Source: Macrostomum lignano
Lineage: Eukaryota
NCBI GenBank assembly: GCA_002269645.1
Contig: NIVC01003576.1
Location: 26,212-90,211 of the forward strand
DNA: 64,000 nucleotides
Direction of reading: 5' to 3'
Notes under the pieces: model-generated
The model's database searches: none
Seen by the model: only the letters and a program-made list of their open reading frames with translations
What the model was told of the DNA's origin: nothing
Position numbers and translations under genes: made by a program
Shown here: positions 16,905 through 29,631 of the stretch, in pieces
How positions within the stretch are numbered: position 1 is the stretch's first letter
How the letters are laid out: every line of letters starts with the position of its first letter

Positions 16905-17090
16905 CACTAGGGGGGGGGGGGGAAACAGAGGCGGACATGTCCCTCCCAGTAAAAGCTATGGGGGGGACATGCCAATGCTTTTGCCCTCCCCCCACGCCAC
17001 CTTTGTGACCTGTTGTGGTAATCAATAATTTTTCTTCAGGGCGCCAAATTATAGCGCCTTTGGTGCCAAAATGAGCGCTGACAACACGAT
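16905..17090. repeat. Dispersed G-rich repeat (related copy at 35945-36094)
   Basis: Shares GGACATGTCCC(C)TC...GGGGGGGACAT(G/A)CCAATGCTTT...AATCAATAATTTT(T/G)CTTCAGG...AGCGCC with the 36-kb copy. Probably the end of a non-autonomous DNA transposon. Confidence 0.65.
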
Positions 17091-17296
17091 TCTTAAAATA
17101 ATGGAAATGTAGGAATTTACTCATGTACATGTACATGTTAAATTCTTGGCTCTGTCCCCCATACCATACCATAAAATCCATGGCGACGCCCTTGATTAGT
17201 TTTAAAATGTTATTTGCTATATGACACACTTGATTTATTGCACTAAATTAATAACTAATATTTGTTAAACTGCATGCTAGACAAGCCGCACAAAGC

Positions 17297-19318
17297 ATGG
17301 TAGTAATCCACATTAAGAAAGGCGATCAGAGCCAGTTCCTATTTGAAACCACAGTGGCCCAGCCTGTGGACGATTTCATTGCTCAAGCTGTCCAGGTGTA
17401 CAATGGTCGACTAAAAATTGGTCGAATTTGCGACGAAATTAGCGAGTTGGAGAAGCACGGCTTGACTTTGCCGCCGAACATGCAGGGCCTCACAGATGAG
17501 CAGGTGACCGAATTGAAACTGCGCGACGAATGGGGCGAAAAGTGCACACCCAGCGGGGGGTTCGTTGAGAGCCGCGATCCCATTGGGCGACGGAACGGCC
17601 GGGCTCCAACTGAGAATATTGTTCAGGTGAGAATCTGGGGTGGAGCTGCTTGCTCAGGCTACAGGCCGCAAATCTTATATTCAATTGTAAAGTTTCCAGA
17701 GCTTGTGAACCTTCTGGGGACATTGTTAATTGACTGTCAGTGACATTTGACTGTCAGTGACATTTGACTGCCAGTGACATTTTACTGTCAGTGACATTTG
17801 ACAGTCAGTGACATTTTGACTGTCAGTGACATTTGACTGCCAGTGACATTTTGACTGCCTGTGACATTTGACTTTCAGTAACATTTGACTGTCAGTGACA
17901 TTTTGACTGCCTGTGACATTTGACTGTCAGTGACATTTGACTGCCAGTGACATTTGACTGCCAGTGACATTTGACTGCCAGTGACATTTTGACTGTCAGT
18001 GACATTTGACTGCCAGTGACATTTTGACTGCCTGTGACATTTGACTGCCAGTGACATTTGACTGTCAGTGACATTTTACTGTCAGTGACATTTGACTGTC
18101 AGTGACATTTTACTGTCAGTGACAGTTAAAAAAACACAGAAACCGTAAAAGTTTTCAATTTTTATGTTTGAAAAGGGATCAACTTGATTGTAAAACCATT
18201 ACGAAAACAAACCCGCAGGTGCTGTCCAAGACTCGCAAAGAGGCGCGGCAGATGATCAGCAAAGATCTGGTTGCTGCTGGCCAGGCTGTCAACATGGCCC
18301 GCATCCAGGAGGCCTTGCAAATCCTCAGCGGCGCCATGACCATCGCCTACCCAATGGGACTGCCGCCGCACGAGCCAATCAGAATGGAGCTGCAGAACGA
18401 GGAGGATCTCTCTGGGACGCAGGTATGTACTCGTAGCTGCGTTTTGGAGAGACAGGGCAAGTCTCATTGAGATATGGATTAGTCTCATTGAGATATGGAC
18501 TAGTCTCATTGAGATATGGACAAGTGTCATTGAGATATGGGCAAGTCTCATTGAGACATGGACTAGTCTCATTGAGATATGAACTAGTCTTATTGAGATA
18601 TGGACTAGTCTAATTGAGATATGGACTAGTCTCATTGAGATATGGATTAGTCTCATTGAGATATGGACTAGTCTCATTAAGATATGAACTAGTCTCATTG
18701 AGATATGGATTAGTCTCATTGAGATATGGACTAGTCTCATTGAGATATGGGTAAATCTCATAGAGATTGGTTTAATGGGGCTCGTATCTCAAAGAGAAAT
18801 AGCGCAAGTCTCATAGAGAGACTAAATCTCATAGAGATTTATGTATTACACCTCATATCAGTTGAGGCAAGTCTCATAGAAATTTGGGAAAAGTTTCAAG
18901 CATCAAAAATATTTTATCAAATCTCATAGAATACAGGACATGTTTTTACCCGTCATTCCATCATGCCGCGCCATCGCAGGCGAGTCTGGGGGTGATCCCA
19001 CCCGGCGACGCCTCCGCGTGGTTCTCCGGCAAGGAGATGCAGGCTGGCAAACTGCTTAGCGACTATCTTGGCCGCAACGAGAAGTGCAAAGCCATCGTCA
19101 AGTTGGCTAAGCGTGGCCAGGGTCCGCCGGCCCGCGAGCCGGTCGTCTCCGAGCAGGAGCAGAAAGAGATGATGGCATTCTATTATCGCAAACAGCAGGA
19201 AGCTAAAAAGCTGGAGGAGAGTCGAGACGATTCCTACATGGACAGCGAGTGGGCGGACAGCCAGCAGCTTAGGCGGGCTTTTCACGGGCTGTCCGACATC
19301 AAATGGGGACCAAAGTGA
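17297..19318 (+). CDS. CFAP298: Cilia- and flagella-associated protein 298 (C21orf59/Kurly), 290 aa
   Basis: Exons 17297-17626, 18219-18422 and 18980-19318 with phase-0 GT..AG introns (110+68+112 codons). Family motifs are present: KKGDQSQFLFET, YNGRLK, HGLTLPPNMQGLTDEQ, DPIGRRNGRAP, YPMGLPPHEPIRME, GKLLSDYLGRNEK and IKWGPK*. Confidence 0.96.
17731..18124. repeat. 17/18-bp minisatellite (TGACTGTCAGTGACATT)n in CFAP298 intron 1
   Basis: About 22 copies; the unit contains the inverted repeat TGAC-T-GTCA. Confidence 0.96.
18455..18750. repeat. 21-bp minisatellite (GAGATATGGACTAGTCTCATT)n in CFAP298 intron 2
   Basis: About 14 copies, decaying to ~18930. The unit contains the GACTAGTC palindrome. 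Confidence 0.95.
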
Positions 19319-22300
19319 TTCAAGTTCTTTGCTAATTAAATATCTTTGATGTCTTGACTAATGAACACAGCAGTATGACACATTCCGTCCAAAACACCAT
19401 TAATTCATTGGTTATTTATTTGTACCAACAACGTAACTGTATAACGCAACGTAACTTAAATAAATGATCACTGCACTCGATCTCTGCCGTGCTTCAAAAG
19501 GTCTTGTACTCGTCATTTAAGTCTCACATGAAAAGAAAGTTTGACTTCATTTATATTTTTTGTTTACTGCATTTTTTAGTTTGATATAAACCGTCGATCT
19601 CTTTTTCGCACCGCGCTTGCATTCCTAAGAATCCCACGATCTATACTTAACATACTTAAGGTTAAATATTCGATCTACTTCTAATCAGGTTAACTTAGGA
19701 AACGCTTCCCCTAATTTACTTGCCTACTGGCTCGTAGGGCTTAGATCGTCTACACGTAAATGAGCCAAGGACCATTGTATAATATATACAACATGTTAAT
19801 GTCCCGTCATATATAGTGGTCCTTGGTATGCGCACCAGTATTTCATGAAAATTACGCCCAAAGCAATATTTTTCTCTCTTTGTTTATAAGTCAAGAAAAA
19901 GAAGTAACTATGCTGAGATATTTAAAATAGCGCTGTTTAAACTTACATACATTTCCAAGAAAAACACGCCTTTTGGCGCGCATTTCAAATTGATAGAGGC
20001 TTGCTCTGAAAGTTCTATAGCGGCATAGCGCACTATCTGACATCCTCGACGTATAATTTGGTATATCATATATGATCGAACTCGTATACGGGTTATGTAT
20101 AAATGGCTGCTGATTGTATTCAGTAGCAAATTTGGGGGGGGGCGCAAACTTCTTAATCTAGGCCCTATCAAAATCATGGATTGCCATGTTACATTCCCGA
20201 TGCCCATCGAATATAGCCTGGCTATTCCAGTTTAATAGATTTTTTAATTTTAGCTAAGCCTAGGCGTAGGGGCCACAGCTAGGGCCAGGCGGGTAGGTCT
20301 ATATCTGTAAATTTTCTATAGTAAAGCTAGTTGGCTATATTTTTAATTTTAACATCTTAAGCATCCGTAAAAAAGAAAAAGGACTAGCTTTGCATGTTTG
20401 GCAATGGCCTACTTAACTTATTCTTTTTATAGCCCAAATAGTAATTAGTAGGCCTAGCCTATAGTTTGTTTGATAGCAAGGCATCATCTAATTATGAATA
20501 TATTGCTTTTTCTAGGCCCTTTGTGGGCTATGTCCTATGACTTGTCAATGTCAATAGTTCTAACATTGCTAGTAGTTGTGGTACTGTATAGCACCTCCAG
20601 TTAGAATTAGGAAGGGAAATGATTATTAACCAGTCATTTCGCCTTTAAACTGTTTTGGCCATAAACATTTTGCCCCTAGACCATTTTACCCATAGACTGT
20701 TTTGCCCATAGGCCATTTTGGCCATGGACTATTTCGCCTTTGAGTCAATTATACTTAGTTTGGCTAAGGTAGCAATAAATGCCCAAATTTGCAAAAATTC
20801 GACAGATCTTATTCTTTTAGTATTTCTGGTATTACCAAAACCCTTTCTTTTTCTCTTACCCTTTGATTAAAATGGCTTATGCCTTATATGCTTGTGAAAG
20901 GAAAGACTTTCTTAGAAAATAACTTGTAATAATTCATAACCACAATAGACACAAAGATACAATTTAATAATTAACTTGTATTATACCAACAATTCATATT
21001 TTATTAGGGTGTCTAGCAAGCCTATTTTTAGCATATGTGCAAAACCGAAAAACGGTAAAAAAGTGGTCTTCTTTAAATGTCTGTAACTTTTTAAATATTT
21101 GAGATATGACCACGTTCTTATATTCATTGAAAAGAAGGCAAACAGATGTTTCAAACGACATATAGTTTACATGTTTAGGACATACGATTACAAAGATACA
21201 GCCTGTCAAACATCGTGTACATTTTTGTACATTTTCAAAACTGTGCCAAATTTGCTTGAAAATATGGGATCGGGAGGATTCGTTTTTTAGTAAATGAGTG
21301 CATAACTGCTAAGAATGCTTGCACACTGAGTGTAGGTAACTTCCTGGGGGTCATTTTAAGGGAACTTTTTTTGTTCAAAAATATGTACATGTACATGTAC
21401 ATGTAAAATTTAAAATGGCCATAACTTTTGAATGGAAAGAGCGGCCACCCTAATTCTTTTTGCTACTTACTTCTAGGGATAAAATGAAACTTTTAGGCAA
21501 GACAAGATGAGTATAACTCTTGCCGCAGTATGCTTAACAGAAATCGTCAAAATGCATGCAACTCCCCATAAGAGACATTAAAATTGGGAAATTTTCGAAG
21601 CTCGAAAGAATGGCCAGTTAGTTTCTTCGATAAAATGATAGCAAAACAGGCCAAAATCTTTGTCCTAAAGGCACATACTGATAACTTTTGCCGCACCAAA
21701 GTTATTAAGCATAATTGGCACAGGTGTACATGCAAAATACACTACAGAGATAGGAAAAATGTACATTGAGGGGCTGTATATTCGAAAAGAAGTCATGCAT
21801 GCAATTTTTCTTTAAAAAGGGATAGCAGGACTTACGATATACTATATCTTTTATGCATTTCTCACTAATCCATCTTTTATTTGCAGATCTTGCAGATGCC
21901 AGACATGCTGCGCCTATACAGTATCTGCTATGAGTGCATGACAAGCTCATGGGTGAAGCTTTCTACACAGTCGCCTCTGATCATTCCAGCTGGGCCCGAA
22001 GATTGCGCGCAGCTTCTCGAAGGCCTGCATTGGTGCCCTCTTCTCTGAAGGGGACCAGGCAACAGCAGCAGCAAAGGTTGGCAAACTGGCGTGCTAGAAG
22101 TTGACTCTGGCTCAGTTGCAGCTGGGACCACAGCAGGAAAGACAAGTGCCTGGCCCATGTAGATGGCCCAGGCCCCCAGACTCTGCTTGCCAGCAGCTTC
22201 CTCGCGCACCTTTGACCTCTACAGGTCCCGCACCTTTTTCACTTTTGTTACTGCCTCCACAGGTTACAAAGTGCGTCTAGTTTAGTGTCTGCAGGCAGAC

Positions 22301-24223
22301 TAAGACATTCTGCCAAGCTAATTAAAAATATTAAAGCACTAAAGTGAAGCAGTTGAGTAGAGGCTGAACTGACTAAAAGGGTTCTCAGCCAATTCGGCTG
22401 CTGGGAGACAACTGACTGGGGATGAAAACGGGAGCAGACGAATCGACTGTCATACTCTCATACATGTGCATGTACATACTACATATACAATGTAATCACG
22501 CTGTGTATTGCTCTAAAGATTGTTAGATTGGCTACGAACAAGTCACAATTCACCAATCACCAACATGGTGTCCCATCTCAGCAAACTGTTGTTGCGCAGT
22601 TGGTGACTCCAGTCTCCAGCTGCCAGGCCATGTCATCCAAGCCGGTTCGTACCGCCCGCAGCTGGTGCAGATGCTGCTGATGCTGCAGACACCTTAATAC
22701 TGGAGAGGAAAGGCACGCACACGGGTTTTGTTGACTGCCTGCTGGCTGATTCCAGCACCCTGGACACTGCCGATGGCGACCTACATTCATGTCAAGGACC
22801 TGAAACCCACCCTGTAACATTGTCTCATGCTTGACTGGCTTGATTGTAGTAGCTACAGTTGTAGTACTGTAGTAGACTCATAGTACGATGAGAAGGCCAG
22901 CACAGCAGATGAAATATTTGCTGACGAGCTGCACTGACTGCAGATGAATTTGGTAGCAGACAAATTGATTGGATTACCACGAACAGCTATCGCGCAGAAA
23001 AGTGAACACAGTGAACAAGTAAATGAATCAAATGATGCAGATAAACTGTAAATCTATATTCGATCAATTGCTGAATTTGGGCATGGTCTCTTCAAACATG
23101 AAAGTACATGATTTAGTAACATATTACTTAATACAGTATCGATTCATTACAGCTGCTAAATGGACTACAAAAATATTTTGAATGACTCCAGCATAAAGAT
23201 AGTTAAGATTAATATTGACACAAGCTACATAGATTTTTAGACAACATAGACATCCAGAATGGTACTTTGGAAGACCCGTTTTCATAGAAATAATAGTCAA
23301 TCATTTAAATACTACTTACAGTAGGAAGTAAAAAATCTTACTAATTATAGTATACAAGTATTACTTTGACATGGAAGTAATATCAAATAAGGTAAATAGA
23401 AACTATACCATCAAAAAGCCAAAGAATGGTACTCCAGAAAAAAATTTTTCTTCACCTTTTTTGTCCTAATCCCCAGATATCTGCATGTATAGAACAGTAT
23501 ATATATAGAAAAAATATCAGAAAACGTTGTAGCAACAAAAATCTACAAAATAAAACATAAAACACTAAAATTGGTTATAAAATAAGAAAGTTACAGACAT
23601 TTTACTGCACAAAACATGCTTTTTGCCTAAAAATGGCACAGTTTTTAGTGTATTTGAGATAGGGAAAAAACACCATTTTTTTAAACGAAAAACTCCATAA
23701 CTTTTTTATTACTTGATCAATTTTCAAAAGTTTGGTGTCATTTCACTCATAACATCCAGGACTACAACATGGCATGATTAAAAATTTGGATTTCGAAAAA
23801 AAAATTTTCTCACTGGACCCCCTATATATAGTCATTAAAATGTATAAAAAACAAAACTTTCATTTATTAGATAAAGCAGAAAATTCTCTAGGTTTTTAAA
23901 GTCTTCTATGAAATGAAGAAGTACTTAAAGTATGTAATGATATCATAGCACTGTAGCTAAAACTTGAACTTAAGTTGTTTTTCATCAATCAATAGTCTTT
24001 TTATACCTTTGCACATATAACATGGCTTCTAGAAACTATAGTCTTATTTTCACAAACTGTAAGAACTTTCTATTTTATCTAATACCATTTTAATAGTTTA
24101 AAAGCTTTTAAATAAGCTAAAAATAGTTCCTTAAGTGGACAAAAAACATTGAGAAAAGAGTTTAACAAACAAGTCAAGACAAATGCCAATATATTATAGC
24201 TCATATTATAGTAGGCTTTTTTA

Positions 24224-25219
24224 TGAGGGGTGTCCAAAAAGTAGTGATACTTTTAACCGTAGCTCTTGTTCTATAGCTTCCTGTGATTTAAAATTTTATT
24301 AACTGATAGCGGCAAATCTTTTCTACAGACTGCTTTTTGATTTTTTAAAATTGATACCAGAGAACAAAAGTTATACCCACAAAAGTATCAGTACCTGTAC
24401 CATAGAGTTACACAAACTATAGGCCTATCAAAATTTATGATAGTCGACTTCTGCACTTATTCATTAAGAAGGCATAGATAAATGTCTTGTTTAAGCAATA
24501 CCAAAGCCCAATTGCAAAATGATGCTCACTGTGACTGACTGAAATTTGTTTATGGACAGAATCATGCGCAGAAAAATAAAGCATTAAATTCATTACTTTA
24601 CTTGCAAACAGAGGAGCTTGCATTTTGCAATTGATTTCATTGCCCATATTCGACAATACACATGGATGTGCACTCAGTTGTTGCTCAGCAAAGTACTATC
24701 TTCACTCTTTGGGGTGCTGGCCATAGTGCCTCAGAAATTCATGCAAAACTGCTCTGCGCATGGATCCTCTGTGGTCAGCAAAATGACAGTTTATTGATGG
24801 ATGGAGCAGTTCAGCAAGGGAAGGACTGACTTGGCAGATCAGCATCGGATGGGGGCCGGGGCAGCCATATGTTCATCAACCTGATGTACTGGCAGACTCC
24901 ATTCTGAATCTTCTTGATGAGGACTCCCGAATGACCATTAGAGAGATTGCTGACAGGTTGGACAAGCCGAAATCAACAATTCATCGAAGCTTACTCGGCA
25001 TGGATCTCGTGAAGCTCAGCCTATAATTTGTGTAACTCTATGATACAGGTACTGTTACTTTCATGGGTATAACTTTTGTTCTCTGGTATCAATTTTAAAA
25101 ATTCAAAAATCAGTCTGTAGAAGAAATTTGCCGCTATCAGTTCATAAAATTTTAAATCACAGGAAGCTATAGAACGAGAGCTACAGTTGAAAGTATCACT
25201 ACTTTTTGGACACCCCTCA
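24224..25219 (+). mobile_element. Non-autonomous mariner (Tc1/mariner) derivative, 996 bp, ~200-bp terminal inverted repeats, TA TSD
   Basis: TA|TGAGGGGTGTCCAAAAAGT ... ACTTTTTGGACACCCCTCA|TA; arms 24224-24424 and 25019-25219. The interior (24662-25020) encodes a frameshifted transposase N-terminus: SASEIHAKL...W.EQFSKGRTDLAD...LLDEDSRMTIREIADRLDKPKSTIHRSL..MDLVKLS (paired HTH region). Confidence 0.9.
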
Positions 25220-25516
25220 TAGATGATAAAAAAGAAAAAGAAAAAATATTTATTGAAATATTTATAAGCTATTATTACCTTCTATAAAAGTATAAAAAGT
25301 ATTTCATTCATTTTATTTTTAAAGAAATTTTGTCTATTTGAATTTTAAAATTTTCAATAATATTGGACTAGGCCAATTGCCATTGGATTATTGGGAAAAA
25401 TTATATTGGAAGTTACTAGAGTCTAATAGCAATGACTTGATTTAGCCACAAGGGGCTTTGTGTATCCAGATATAGCAAGGTATTGCTAGCTATTTTGCAA
25501 TATAATATTATGTATC

Positions 25517-25624
25517 AGATTAAACATGCCTTTTGAGGGAGTTATTTGTATAAATCACGAGGGCCTGAGGCCTGAGGCCCAAGGGATTTATGAAAATAAC
25601 TCCCGAAAAAGGCATGTGTAATCT
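25517..25624. repeat. ~108-bp imperfect palindrome (fold-back)
   Basis: Arm ACATGCCTTTTGAGGGAGTTATTTGTATAAATCACGAGGGCC matches the reverse complement of the right arm (ACATGCCTTTTTCGGGAGTTATTTTCATAAATCCCTTGGGCC); 10-nt spacer. Confidence 0.85.
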
Positions 25625-26857
25625 CGTATAAACCATAGACATAAAGACTTGACGGGATATTATTGAATATTATTATTGAATATACCAAATAAAATCCCGG
25701 GGAACGCAAATATTGTCACCGAAAGTCTTTATTTCTATGGATTATTTAAAAATATTGGTTTTTAGTATTCTAATATCTAAAAGATATCACTAATAGTATC
25801 AAAGTATTGGATTTGTGCCCAACCAACACTATATAATATATTTAATTCTGCAAGTTTCCTTGTACTTGCAAATAATTTCTAAATTTATTATGATTTATGA
25901 TTAATATTTCTAAGTTTATTATGATTTTTAAACTTCCATTTGAACTATTTATCTACTAGTGGATAAATATTCTACTACCCATTAGATGGTCACCCCCTTG
26001 CAAATTTTAGAATTAGACCAATATATTCATACATGCGCAACCCCCCTGATTTACACTGGCCATGCAACTTACCTGTAAAAAAACCCTAACTTTTGGGTAA
26101 ACGGCAGGAGTAACTATGACTGTCTTATAAAGGCTAAATGCCTCGTCATCTAATTAGTACTACGTCCGTATTCTTTAGGCTGGGAATTTTTGCGACTTAC
26201 CCCTGGTCCACCACAATTTACGGTGGCCAGATCGGCCAGGTCGGCCAGCAGTTGCGCATGTATGAATATACTAGGCTAAAAAAATCTATAAAAATGTGCA
26301 TAATAAAAAACTATGGTCACCTAGGGAGGGATAGGAGAATAATCACCCTCTAGGGGGGATGGGAAGAAAGTCACATAGGAGCTACAGCCTCCTTTGCCCC
26401 ATCTCATCTGTACCACCAAAAGATTTATTGCAATAAAAATTTTAATTTTTTAATATGTATATTATCATTTTTTTATTTTAGATCAATAAATTTAACATCA
26501 TTTCATGCCCATTAGGGCCCATCCTCAAGGCACAGGAAATGTACATGCCTGATAGTTAGAAAGTCAGGCTTCTGTACACTATTTATGCTTGTCTGCATAG
26601 TGTCAGTAATACCATGCTGGTATGTTCTCAGCAGTCAGATAAACAGGTTAAACTGCCTCACCACTCGTTACTTGACAATTTCAGATTGCCTGCAATCCAT
26701 TAAAAACCTTCTATTTAGGTCTTTATAGTTTAAAAGTACTGCAACCAATAAACTAGTTAGATGGCGACTTATTTGCCGAAATAACTAAGTGCATAGTTAC
26801 TACCGCCTATATACCCTAATAAAATATATATTTAAAATTCAGGCTCAAACCAAGACA

Positions 26858-29547
26858 ATGCCGAACAAGAACAAGTCGGCAGTGAATGCATCTAATAGTG
26901 GGCCGCCTCGGCCCGACAGCAATGACAATAAGAAACAGAAAACTAATAAAAAGCCAAAGAAAGATGATGCCAGCTCCATAGTTGGCCTGAAGCAGCGCCT
27001 GAGCAGCATCCGCAACAAGCAGCGCAGGCAGGCCGCCTACCAGCAGGTCCGACAGGCCGAGCGTAAGGCCAAGGAGGCCGCCGTGAAGCTTCGCCGACGA
27101 AATGGTGCCGACAACGGCGCTGCCGGCCCAGCCAAGGAGCCACACACGCTGGAATCGCTGCGCCTGCCGGATGCCACCATGACTGGCCCGGCTGGGGACG
27201 CTGAGGTCGATGCTGAGGAGGCAGCCGACGAGTTTGCCGACATTCTTGACGCTGCTGGCGCTGGAGGCGAAGGTTGGCTACCGGATAATTGCGGCTTATT
27301 CTTTCGCGTTGCTGTTTTTACCTAGGGGTGCCATTTTTACCTAAAGGTGCCATCTTTACCTAGGGGTGCCATTTTTACCTAAGGGTTGCCATTTTTACTT
27401 GGGGTGCCATCTTTACCTAGGGGTGCCATTTTTACCTAAGGGTTGCCATTTTTACTTGGGGTGCCATCTTTACCTAGGGGTGCCATTTTTACCTAAGGGT
27501 TGCCATTTTTACTTGGGGTGCCATCTTTACCTAGGGGTGCCATTTTTACTTAGGGTGCCATTTTTACCTAGGATTGCCATTTTTCCTAGGGGTGCCATTT
27601 TTACCTAGGGGTGCCAGTTTTACCTAGAGGTGCCATTTTTACCTAGGGGTGCCATATTTACCTAGGGGTGCCATTTTTCCTAGGGGTGCCATTTTTATCT
27701 GTGAATGCCATTTTTACCTAGAGGTGCCATTTTACCTAGAGGTGCAATTTTTACCTAGAAGTGCCATTTTTACTAAGGGTGCCATTAAGGGTTGCCATTT
27801 TTACCCAGAGGTGCCATTTTACCTTGGGAGGGGTGCCATTTTGTCACATTGGTACTGCCTTACGCATGGGTTTCCATATTTTTACCCAAGAAGCCATTTT
27901 TCTGCAATCGGTCAAATCTCAAAAAAATTCGATTTCCCCACCCCCAGGCCAAGCCCGCCTGCCCCGCCTGCTGGTCACTCACGCCGACGAGGTCGGCCGA
28001 CGCACAGCCGCCTTCTGCCGTTGCCTGGCGCGCACCGTCCCCAACGCCGTGTTCTGCCGGCGTCGCCGACTGCCTCTCGGTCGGGTGCTCGCCGCCGCCA
28101 AGGCCAAGGAGTTCACCGCTGTGATGGTGCGCGATAATTTATCTACACGTTTTTGAAATTTAGCAGCCTGTCTTTATTAAGCTACTGTTAGTAGAGCGAA
28201 TTGCATTTTTTTATCTTGTATTTGTGATAACACAGAGCTTGCATATTTATGCCTTTAGTGTTCAAAGTTACCATGGACTCATTTCGATAATTGATGCTTT
28301 ATTTAAATCATTAATTTTTAATCTTCAATGGGTTGTAGCCTAGTGATTGGAGCGTCGGATACACGACTGAAAGGTCGGGGGTTCGATTCTCGACCCACTC
28401 GAAACAATTTGTGTCCTTGAGCAAGACGCTTAACTCTGCATTGCTTCAGTTCACCCAGCTGTAAAATGGGTGCCAGCATTAGCTGGGGTAAATTGAGGGT
28501 GTGTGTGGCGACCCTCCCAGTCCTTGGACTGAACAGCCGTACGCAGCCTTCAGATGCGCCGCGCAATAGCTGCGGCTGAGCTGTCGGTTGCACATCTGGC
28601 CATTAGGGCAGGTGTAATCAATTATTAATATTCTTTAAATGCACTTCTTGAATTCGGAATCAATTGCAGCTCGAAAAATCTTACGCTTAATTCAGTGTTG
28701 AAAGTTAATTAATTTCGATACATATCGGCAGTCGATCTTTTTAACGCCTTCTTAAAGACAGACAAATCAGAAAAATCTCCAGTGTTTAAATGTACTTTTC
28801 GATACATATCGTTAAATCATTTTTCAATCTAATCTTGATTTAATATATCGCAGATTTAATAAAAATCCCCATTCCGAAAAAAGTTCTTTTCGATACATGT
28901 CGGTAATCGATCCTACCTAGGTTAGCAATGCCTCAGATCAGAAAAATCCCTGATTCTATTTGATGTACTCCCAAAGTCTTAATCGTAGGTCGGAAATCAT
29001 CCTGTGTTTAAATTTAATTTCGATACATATCGGTAACTTTGGTCTAACGCAGATAATTGGCGAGCACGACAAGAAGCCGTGCACCGCCCTGCTAACCCAC
29101 CTACCGGCTGGGCCCACCTTCGCCTTCCGCCTGTCGAGCGTCCGGCTGCCCCGCGAGCTGCCCCGACCGCCCGAGGACGACAAGCCGGAGACCGTGGCGC
29201 CGCAGGTGCTCTGCAATCGATTCCACACCCGTCTGGGCCGTCGGGTCGCCCGCGGCCTGGCCGCCATCTTCCCAGGCGCCAGCGGTGTGCGCCGGCACGC
29301 CCGTGTGGTGACTTTTCACAATCAGCGCGACTACGTGTTCTTCCGGCACCATCGCTACATCCTGCGCCAGCCTGGGTCCGGCGCCAAACCAGGCGCCAAG
29401 CCGCGCTGCGCTCTGCAAGAGGTCGGGCCCAGGTTCACCCTGAAGCTGCGCTCGCTGCAAACCGGACCGCTTGGCGCCGGCGGCGGCTACGAGTGGCTGC
29501 ACAAACGGCACGAGATGGACCAGAGTAGGAGGCGCTTCTTTCTCTGA
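26858..29547 (+). CDS. RPF1: Ribosome production factor 1 (Brix domain), 362 aa
   Basis: Exons 26858-27272, 27948-28126 and 29053-29547 (phase 1 then phase 0, GT..AG). Motifs: LTHLPAGPTFAFRLSSVRL, NRFHTRLGRRVARGLAAIFP, VVTFHNQRDYVFFRHHRY, LQEVGPRFTLKLRSLQ and YEWLHKRHEMDQSRRRFFL*. The basic N-terminal PHTLESLR segment fits RPF1 rather than IMP4. Confidence 0.93.
27313..27843. repeat. ~19-bp minisatellite (TAGGGGTGCCATTTTTACC)n in RPF1 intron 1, with a 57-bp higher-order trimer
   Basis: About 27 copies. Monomers of 19+20+18 bp repeat as a 57-bp unit over ~27361-27530. Confidence 0.95.
28329..28620 (+). mobile_element. tRNA-derived SINE (copy 1) in RPF1 intron 2
   Basis: Pol III A box (TAGCCTAGTGATTGG) and B box (GGTTCGATTC). 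The central domain GTGTCCTTGAGCAAGACGCTTAACTC...CACCCAGCTGTAAAATGGGTGCC resembles conserved CORE/Meta-type SINE domains. A second copy lies at 35716-35931. Confidence 0.85.
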
Positions 29548-29631
29548 TTTTGGCGCCACCTGGCGTGTCTCACACCGGTTTCTGCTGGCTAACTGACTGC
29601 CTGCCATTGTGCTTCCTCACGCGATCTCGTC

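Noticed and set aside
17297-29547. CFAP298-RPF1 operon
   Set aside because: The genes are 7.5 kb apart with transposon relics between them; nothing beyond shared strand supports polycistronic transcription.
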